Of a DNA stretch of 47,844 nt, positions 1-6,857 are shown piece by piece. The translations under genes were made by a program, and so were the position numbers. Source of the stretch: Planctomycetota bacterium (lineage in GTDB: Bacteria; Planctomycetota; Planctomycetia; Planctomycetales; Planctomycetaceae); NCBI GenBank assembly GCA_963582395.1, contig CAUZTK010000001.1:1-47844 (forward strand), written 5' to 3'. How positions within the stretch are numbered: position 1 is the first letter of the stretch; every line of letters starts with the position of its first letter. Below the pieces are notes generated by a model, which did not search any database, was not told where the DNA came from, and was given only the letters and a program-made list of their open reading frames with translations.

Positions 1-210
1 GCCCAGGTCCAGGTGAACGTGCCCGGAGAATGGGGGTAGATTCGGTCGCGAAAGTCACTCATCGCCAGCGTCAACGATTCTTCGACCGTCGATTTTTTGT
101 TGAACCGATACCAGTTTACTCATCCCATTCCACCCACCACACACATTTTATCAAAATCAATTGGGTTTACATGTGTTTGTACAGTATTTTTTGCGACGAA
201 AAATAAGGAC

Positions 211-1254
211 TTACGTCAATTTTTGGGCTCTGAAAATCGATTTTGCAAAACTTCCGTTAATGACTTCAACGGTCAGCGTTTCCTTCATCTTTATCTTGGG
301 CTGCGCCTGAATCAACATCACGGTCCGAATGTACTCGCCCGTCTCCCGTTCTTCTTCCTTTGCCAAATCTTCAAGACGTTGACGCTGCGCCAGCGCGTCG
401 GCCACAACTTCGTTCCAGTCGGTCCGCGTTTCCAGCTTGATCGGCAGCTTGATCATATCTTCAGATTTGAGTTCCGCCGCCGAGACGTGATGCAGGATAT
501 TACTGGCGAACTGCTGTTTCTCCGGCTTGTGTTCGGTCGCCGAGGTCGCGGTGAACTCGATGATACACGACGGCTGGAACCGGGCCAGCGTGTCGAACGA
601 CAACGGCGTGCGCGCGTTGTGGGCTTCATCCATGATAACCACGAGCCGACGCATCCGCAGGACATTTGCCAGCGAAAACGGGATCACGCCGTCGTCGTCC
701 CGCTCCAACATCGCTTCGAGTTCCGCAGGCAGTCCGCTAAAATGATGTTGCAGCGAACCCGACGACTCGTAGACCTTACGGCCTTCCGTTTCTTCAACCC
801 GAAATGCTTGCAGTGTCGAAACGACAATGCACGTTTCGCCGTCGAGCGTTCCCCGCTGGACGTACAGCGCTTCGGTCAGGTCCATCACACTGACTCGACC
901 ACCGAACGCCGCATCGACCGCTTGCCGGTAGGGATGCTTCCGATTCCGCAACGCTGCCAACGTCTGATCCCGGATGGTGTTCGTCGGGACCAGCCAGAGA
1001 CAAACAGCCTGTTCGGTTTGCAGAAGTTCTTTAGCGGCCATGCCCAGCGCGTGGCAGGCCATCAACGTCTTGCCGCCGCCGGTCGGAACCCGCAGGCAAA
1101 CGTAGGGGAGTTCAGGCAATGCAGGGACGCTTCGATAAGGTCGTTCCAACTGGTGCAGAAACGCCATCTTCGCCCCTTGTAACGCCATCCGCAGATAGGC
1201 TTCCAGCGCTTCAAGGCTTCGCTGTTGATATTCGCGGAGTACAAGCATGGTCAT
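211..1254 (-). pseudogene. Type III restriction enzyme Res subunit / DEAD-DEAH helicase, N-terminal ~330 aa only (3'-truncated)
   Basis: 347-aa ORF, ATG at 1252-1254. Walker A PTGGGKT, DEAH box in VIMDEAHN, FTAT motif. Family members are normally ~800-1000 aa. The recognisable sequence ends near ...ETLTVEVI (about nt 260), where the DNA becomes AT-rich and the ORF ends in a junk tail NGSFAKSIFRAQKLT*. Confidence 0.75.
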
Positions 1255-1257
1255 GCC

Positions 1258-1668
1258 TTACTCCCCTCCCTTTTTAGGGAGGGGTTGGGGGATGGTCTCT
1301 CCGTCTTCCGACCATCCTGCGTTTCGCGCAATGTCCTCCACAACCGCATCCACATCTTGCAGAACATCATCGTTCGAGTAACGAATCACGCGCAGCCCTT
1401 CTCGTTCCAGAAACTTCGTTCGTTGTTGATCGTAGGCCGCGCGGCCGTCGTGACTTCGCCTATCCAACTCGATCACAAGTCGTACTTCGGCGCAGTAGAA
1501 ATCCACGAAGTACGGGCCCAATACCTGCTGACGTCGAAATTTCAATCCCCCCAGCCGCTTGCCGCGCAGTCGGCTCCACAACAGGCGTTCTGGGAACGTC
1601 GAGTCGGTGCGGAGTTCTCTTACACGCACGGATTTTTGCGGTGGGATTCGGTGGCATTTTTCACGCAT
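1258..1668 (-). CDS. DUF559 (Vsr-like) endonuclease domain protein
   Basis: 136-aa ORF, ATG at 1666-1668. Typical DUF559 core ERLLWSRLRGKRLGGLKFRRQQVLGPYFVDFYCAEVRLVIELDRRSHD...REGLRVIRYSNDDVL. The C-terminal tail PQPLPKKGGE is encoded by the flanking hairpin repeat. Confidence 0.85.
   Translation of the reverse strand: MREKCHRIPPQKSVRVRELRTDSTFPERLLWSRLRGKRLGGLKFRRQQVLGPYFVDFYCAEVRLVIELDRRSHDGRAAYDQQRTKFLEREGLRVIRYSNDDVLQDVDAVVEDIARNAGWSEDGETIPQPLPKKGGE
1263..1295 (+). repeat. GC-rich palindromic unit, copy i (CCCCTCCCT-TTTT-AGGGAGGGG-TT-GGGGGATGG)
   Basis: 9-bp perfect hairpin 1263-1271 / 1276-1284. Same unit as 1679-1711 (inverted) and 1827-1859 (direct). Confidence 0.85.
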
Positions 1669-1678
1669 GACGTTTTGA

Positions 1679-1711
1679 CCCTCCCCTAACCCCTCCCTGA
1701 AAGGGATGGGG
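1679..1711 (-). repeat. GC-rich palindromic unit, copy ii (reverse orientation)
   Basis: Plus strand reads CCCTCCCC-TAA-CCCCTCCCT-GAA-AGGGATGGGG. The reverse complement CCCCATCCCT-TTC-AGGGAGGGG-TTA-GGGGAGGG matches copies i and iii. Confidence 0.85.
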
Positions 1712-1717
1712 ATTTCT

Positions 1718-2298
1718 TCAACTCACTTTGATCTCATACGGAACCTGCTTGAATACGATGCCTTCGCGTTTCAGTCGTGCTGCGCCCAATCGACAGCCTT
1801 CGCCGTAGATGACGCGACTTTCTTGTCCCCCATCCCTTTTAGGGAGGGGCCGGGGGAGGTTGTCTCGCAAATCAACTCCAGAACTCGCCCCGTCAGGACG
1901 TTCCCGCCATTGGGTCGCTTGTCGCCCAAGATGCCGTTGAACAGCAGGTAGTACGCCGTGCCGTCGCATTCGCCAATGAAAGGCGTCTTGCCAGTCGCCC
2001 GCTTCGGAATCGGCTCGCCGGTTTCGGTGAAGAACACATGAGCAGCCAAGTCGGAGAATTTCACATCCGGGCGGATCATCCCGGATTCGTCGAACAGCAA
2101 TTCACCCAGCTTACAGTAACGGAATCCGCCACCCATGCCTTCGACTTTGACAGTCTGGTCCCCCTTCCGATGCGCATATCCGTTGACGGTGCGTTCTAAT
2201 CGCTGGGACGCGACGTTCCGGCAGACTTCTGGTTCGATTTCAACTGCGATGAATTGTCGCTGTCCGCTATGCAGCCAGTGGTCACATGGTCTATCGGC
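1718..2298 (-). pseudogene. Type III-like DNA methyltransferase (Mod), C-terminal remnant, 5'-deleted and frameshifted
   Basis: My translation upstream of ORF 1771-2136 stays open to ~2298: ...HSGQRQFIAVEIEPEVCRNVASQRLERTVNGYAHRKGDQTVKVEGMGGGFRYCKLGE...YYLLFNGILGDKRPNGGNVLTGRVLELI. After the repeat at 1827-1859 the family C-terminus continues in another frame (ORF 1718-1969: ESRVIYGEGCRLGAARLKREGIVFKQVPYEIKVS*). The N-terminal catalytic part is absent; the remnant abuts the stop of the next gene at 2291. Confidence 0.7.
1827..1859 (+). repeat. GC-rich palindromic unit, copy iii (solo, inside the mod remnant)
   Basis: CCCCCATCCCT-TTT-AGGGAGGGG-CC-GGGGGAGG. The mod reading frame changes across it. 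Confidence 0.85.
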
Positions 2299-3490
2299 TC
2301 AGTTCCTCGCGCAGCCGGTGGGCAAGAGTCAGGGACGACAGCTCATCCAAACAGAACGGGTTGACCAGCAGTTGACCGTCAGCCAGGCGTCCGTGCCCGA
2401 CGTACACCGGTGGCGTGCCGTCGCGCAGGCTGCGGCAGACGTCGAACGCCGAGCGGCCGACGTCTGTTTCATCAATTGCGATCTCCAGCAGCGGCGGGCT
2501 CTGGCCGTCTCCCTTGTCGATGACCCGGCATTCGACCGGCGAGGCTTGCAGCTCTGCCGAAATCGTTTCCAGATAGCCGCGAAACGTGTCGAGATCCGCG
2601 TCGTAAGATCCGGAAGCAAACAGATCGAGGGCGGTCAGCAGTGCCACAATTTCTTCCTTCGAGACTTTGAGCGTCCGGCCAAGTCCGTGCCGTGGAATGC
2701 CGTTCAGTTTTGATTTGTCGATCAGTTCGGAGGGCGGGTCCCAAAGTTGCAGATGATCGTCCATGTCGAGCATCTGGACGGCGGCCGATGCGATCAGGTC
2801 ACGGCGGCCGCATAAAATGCCGGTTGACTGCGGCCCCCGAATCGATTTTCCGCCGCTGAACGCGACTAAATCGGCTCCTTGAGCGGCAATCGACGAGAGG
2901 TTGTTGCGCGGCGGCAGTTCGCCGGCGGCATCGACGAGCACCGGAAAATTGTGTCGGCGAGCGCGTTCGACTAACTCTGGCAGCGGCGGCTGCGACGTCG
3001 GTGCGTAGCCGTAAAACAGACCGACCGTGTTCGGACCGAACGCAGCTTCGTATTCCCACGCTTCCGTCCGCCGCACGCCGGCATTGGAAACGATTTCGTT
3101 GAAGCCGACCTCCACCAGCCGGGCTCCCGACGCGCGAACCGCGTGATCGTAGCCGCTGCGCTGCTCGCGAGCCACCACGAACTCGCAGGGAAAGTCGTCG
3201 CAGTGCGGCAGCCGCTCCATTTTTCCCAGGTCGTACCGGCAGATGATTGCCGCGGCGCCGAGAGTTAACGCGGCGGCCGAACCGGCGGTGACCAGTCCCG
3301 CTTCGGTCCCGGTCACGGCGGCGATCCGCCGCGACGCGGCTGCTTGAAGCTGTTCCAGCGGAACAGTCGCCGCGGCCGCCTCTCGAAACGCATTGAGCAC
3401 GGCCGCAGGCATCGGCGCGCCCCCCAAACGCGTGACACTTCCCGACGCATTGATGATCGGTTGAAGCCCCAGACCCTCGTAAATACTCAT
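2291..3490 (-). CDS. SelA-like PLP-dependent enzyme (selenium-transferase-related / DgaE-type ammonia-lyase family)
   Basis: 399-aa ORF, ATG at 3488-3490. N-terminus IINASGSVTRLGG. PLP-lysine context LVAFSGGKSIRGPQSTGIL. Confidence 0.75.
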   Translation of the reverse strand: MSIYEGLGLQPIINASGSVTRLGGAPMPAAVLNAFREAAAATVPLEQLQAAASRRIAAVTGTEAGLVTAGSAAALTLGAAAIICRYDLGKMERLPHCDDFPCEFVVAREQRSGYDHAVRASGARLVEVGFNEIVSNAGVRRTEAWEYEAAFGPNTVGLFYGYAPTSQPPLPELVERARRHNFPVLVDAAGELPPRNNLSSIAAQGADLVAFSGGKSIRGPQSTGILCGRRDLIASAAVQMLDMDDHLQLWDPPSELIDKSKLNGIPRHGLGRTLKVSKEEIVALLTALDLFASGSYDADLDTFRGYLETISAELQASPVECRVIDKGDGQSPPLLEIAIDETDVGRSAFDVCRSLRDGTPPVYVGHGRLADGQLLVNPFCLDELSSLTLAHRLREELSR

Positions 3491-3646
3491 TGGCTACTCC
3501 GTGTGCTCCGTGATTTCGTCTCAGTGAGACTGTCGCTTATCTTGGTTGATATGGACAGTTTCAGATCGACCCAGTCGGATTCGATGATAGCGTGCAGTCG
3601 ACCATCGCAACACCTAGAATGAAGCCGCAAACCCGTCCTCGGCTGC

Positions 3647-5248
3647 TTGTCACAACCAAGAGAGACTGCCTTGTTCGACATCATCATTCGCGGCGGCACA
3701 ATCATCGACGGTACCAAAGCGGCCCGTTTCCGCGGCGACTTGGGAATTCAGGGAGACCGGATCACGCAGATCGGCGATCTCAGCCAAACCGAAACGCGGG
3801 TGAGCATCGACGCCGTCGGGAAAATTGTCGCACCCGGTTTCGTCGACGTCCATAATCACTCTGACGGCTGGATGCTCAAGAGGCCGCACCTGCTGTCGAA
3901 AACCATACAGGGCTTCACCACCGAAGTGCTGATGCTCGACGGGATTTCGTACGCTCCGGTGAACGAGCAGACCGCCCGCCAATGGCTGTTCTACCTGCGG
4001 CCCCTCGACGGGCTGCAAATGGATGAATATCGCGGCTGGCAGAGCATCGCCGAGTTCATGGACTGTATCGACGGCAACAACGTTCAGAATGCAATAGCCC
4101 ACGTTCCGTATGCCAACGTTCGCAGCCTGGTGTGCGGTTTCGGACGCGGATCGGTCGATGACTTTCAGATGGGGCAAATTAAGGCGGAAATCAGCAAAGG
4201 CATGCAGGAAGGTGCCGTCGGAATTTCGACCGGGTTGGATTACATCGCGCAGTGCTTCTCGACGACCGACGAACTCGTCGAGGCCGCTTCGGCAATGGCC
4301 GAATACAACGGACTGTACGTCACACACGTCCGTTACAAGTCCGGGCGGATCAGGGCAATCCAAGAGGCGGTCGACATCGGCCGCCGCGCCGGCGTGCGGG
4401 TACACATCTCTCATTTGCAGGAGGAAGGCCAACGTGCCGTCGACGAACTTCTTAACTACATCGACAACGTAGCGCGGCAGCAGGTCGATTTGTCTTTCGA
4501 CGTCTATCCGTATCGGCCCGGCTCCACCATGCTAAGTTATCTACTGCCGTACGAGGTCTGGGATGACGGTCCGCTCGCGGCGCTCAGTAAGCTCCACGAC
4601 ACGGGAATCAGAACAAGGTTTCGCGAGAGTTTGAAGGCTTATCCATGCGATCTCGACAAGATGACGATTGCCTGGGTCGCCAGCAAAGACAACAGCCGTC
4701 ATCAGGGAAAGCTGTTGAGCCAGTATGTCGCAGAAACGGGCGTTCCCGCCGAAGAGGCGCTTTTGGACCTGCTCATTGAAGAGCGGCTGGCGGTGCTGCT
4801 GGTCTTCGACAAAGGGGACGACAAATTCGTTCAGCCGTTCTTGCAGCACGACCTGTACATGCTGGGAACCGACGGCATCTTTTTCGATGACGCCGCCGTA
4901 CATCCGCGACAGTTCGGTTCGTCGGGGCGGCTGCTAGGACGCTGCGTCCGCGATTGGAAGCTATTTTCGCTGGAAGAGGCGGTCTATAAACTGAGCGGCT
5001 ACGCGGCCGATCGATTCGGCCTCGAAAATCGCAGCATTCTGCGGGAAGGCAATTTTGCCGACCTGGTGATCTTTGATCCCGAGACGATCATCGACCCTGC
5101 CACGCTCCAGAACCCGCAACAGCACACGGTCGGCATCGAACACGTTTTGGTGAACGGCGTGCCGATCATCCGCGACGGGACCGCCATCGAATCGACCGAA
5201 CAGCGTCTGCCGGGCAGGTCCCTGAAACACCAACGGGGAGAACCATGA
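3647..5248 (+). CDS. N-acyl-D-amino-acid deacylase (D-aminoacylase) family amidohydrolase
   Basis: 533-aa ORF. FDIIIRGGTIIDG and metal-binding GFVDVHNHSD. The table start is TTG 3647; TTG 3671 (LFDIIIRGG, preceded by AAGAGAG) is an equally plausible start. Confidence 0.85.
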   Translation: MSQPRETALFDIIIRGGTIIDGTKAARFRGDLGIQGDRITQIGDLSQTETRVSIDAVGKIVAPGFVDVHNHSDGWMLKRPHLLSKTIQGFTTEVLMLDGISYAPVNEQTARQWLFYLRPLDGLQMDEYRGWQSIAEFMDCIDGNNVQNAIAHVPYANVRSLVCGFGRGSVDDFQMGQIKAEISKGMQEGAVGISTGLDYIAQCFSTTDELVEAASAMAEYNGLYVTHVRYKSGRIRAIQEAVDIGRRAGVRVHISHLQEEGQRAVDELLNYIDNVARQQVDLSFDVYPYRPGSTMLSYLLPYEVWDDGPLAALSKLHDTGIRTRFRESLKAYPCDLDKMTIAWVASKDNSRHQGKLLSQYVAETGVPAEEALLDLLIEERLAVLLVFDKGDDKFVQPFLQHDLYMLGTDGIFFDDAAVHPRQFGSSGRLLGRCVRDWKLFSLEEAVYKLSGYAADRFGLENRSILREGNFADLVIFDPETIIDPATLQNPQQHTVGIEHVLVNGVPIIRDGTAIESTEQRLPGRSLKHQRGEP

Positions 5249-5285
5249 GGTCACACCGGCCGGGGTCGCGCACGTGGGGAAACTC

Positions 5286-6476
5286 TTATTTCCGCTCCAG
5301 CATGACGACCGATGTATCGTCGTGGCGGCCTGAGCCAACCGTGTAGGCGCTCGAGTCCTCAAACAACTTCCGCATCGCGTCCGGTAGCGGTTCGTTCTGC
5401 GAAGCTTGCAGCGTTGCGGCGATCCCCGCGAATCCATACTGCTCGTGCGAGTGGTCGGTTTCGGGGAACGCTTCTTCCAAGCCGTCGGTATAAATCAGCA
5501 GCCGGCTATTGGGTGGAAGAGTCGCCGTGCAGTTTTGGTATTTGGCGTCGGGTGTGATGGCCAGCGGCAGACTACCTTCGTCAATCGCGACCAGCCGATC
5601 GACGCTGTTCGAGTTCAGGTTGTGCAGAATGGGAGAGGGATGCCCGGCCGACGTCCACTGCAACTTGTGCGTATCAGTGCGCAAGACGGCGTACAGCAGG
5701 GTGATGAAGCCACCTTCTTCATTGACGATGCGCTGCTCGCACAGCCGGCGGTTAACATCGGCTACAAACAAGGCGGTGTTTCGATACGCGTTACCGCGGA
5801 TCATGCGGATCAGGGTGTGCATTGTCATGATCGACATGCAGGCTTTCATGCCGTGTCCCGACGCGTCGCCGACCAACAGCACCATCCTCTTGTTGTCGAG
5901 CATAAAGACGTCGTAATAATCGCCGCCGGCCAGCGTCACCGGATGCCCCCCCAGGACGCGAATCTGAGACGATTCGTAGTGGCCGCAGATCTTGTAACCG
6001 CTGGGGCTGTCCAAATCCCGTGGGATGATTGACTCTTGCAGCTTGCGGACCGATTCGATCTCCTCGCGCAGTTTTACAGCGATCAATTGTTCACGTTCGG
6101 CCCGGACCGAATTGACCGCGCTTTCCAGCGTCGCCCTCAGCAGAAACAGAAAGTCACCAGCGGCGTCGCGAATGACATAAGAGCGCAGACCATTGGTCAT
6201 AAACTGCGCAATGCGGAAGATTTCATCGGTTCGGCAGGCACCGACAATCGGACAGCCGGGCAGCAAACGCCGAATCTTCTGGAAGACGTCAAACGCCGTC
6301 TCCGAATCAGGCGAGCCGGTTGTGACCAGAACGGCATCCCATTCTCGGCCCGATTGGGCTTGATTCAGCAGTGCCTCCTTCCCGATGGCCGTCACCGCCT
6401 CGTTGCCGTCCACGTTCAGATACAGCAAAAACAACTCGGCCTCGGCCTCATCGTCCCATCCGATCAGAAATCGCAT
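5286..6476 (-). CDS. PP2C/SpoIIE-family phosphatase with N-terminal receiver-like (apparently degenerate) domain
   Basis: 396-aa ORF, ATG 6474-6476. Motifs GGDYYDVF, LLVGDASGHGMKA, LLIYTDGLEEA, HDDTSVVMLE. The N-terminal ~120 aa has a CheY-like layout, but the expected phospho-Asp position reads AVLVTTGSPD. Confidence 0.85.
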   Translation of the reverse strand: MRFLIGWDDEAEAELFLLYLNVDGNEAVTAIGKEALLNQAQSGREWDAVLVTTGSPDSETAFDVFQKIRRLLPGCPIVGACRTDEIFRIAQFMTNGLRSYVIRDAAGDFLFLLRATLESAVNSVRAEREQLIAVKLREEIESVRKLQESIIPRDLDSPSGYKICGHYESSQIRVLGGHPVTLAGGDYYDVFMLDNKRMVLLVGDASGHGMKACMSIMTMHTLIRMIRGNAYRNTALFVADVNRRLCEQRIVNEEGGFITLLYAVLRTDTHKLQWTSAGHPSPILHNLNSNSVDRLVAIDEGSLPLAITPDAKYQNCTATLPPNSRLLIYTDGLEEAFPETDHSHEQYGFAGIAATLQASQNEPLPDAMRKLFEDSSAYTVGSGRHDDTSVVMLERK

Positions 6477-6680
6477 ACAGAATCCTTTTTCACGGCCCGC
6501 AGATTTTTGAAATCTCGATTATGTCTTTCCACACCATTATGGATCATCGAGTGAATGTTCGCCACGTTGCCGTAAAATTGCCGGGCGACTGGTTCCGCCG
6601 GGCAATTGGTTCGCAAGTTCTACTCGGCCGCTCGGCCAGGAATTCTTGTTGACGGTGGCACGACCTGGCCAGAGCCGAAA

Positions 6681-6775
6681 CAATATGCCCAAGGCATTTT
6701 GCTCTGTCCGGCCCAAATCAGAAAATCACAGCGAAGAACACGTTTCGGCCGACATTTCAAAATGGCCTTGCCATA
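6681..6775 (+). repeat. Dispersed ~95-nt intergenic repeat, copy A (family 1)
   Basis: Roughly 85 percent identical by eye to 11213-11309, same orientation. Contains hairpin ATGCC-CAA-GGCAT (6685-6697). Confidence 0.8.
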
Positions 6776-6857
6776 GTCGGTAACCCGGTTGGTCGTCTGG
6801 CCGGGATATTTCGGACAATCACGCTCAAAGTAGAGACAAGAAAGAAAGGCCGCTTTG

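Noticed and set aside
1261-1860. The three GC-rich palindromic units, considered as a CRISPR-like array.
   Set aside because: There are only three copies, with irregular spacing (~385 and ~115 nt) and mixed orientation. One spacer is a complete gene and there are no cas genes, which fits REP/MITE-like units rather than CRISPR.
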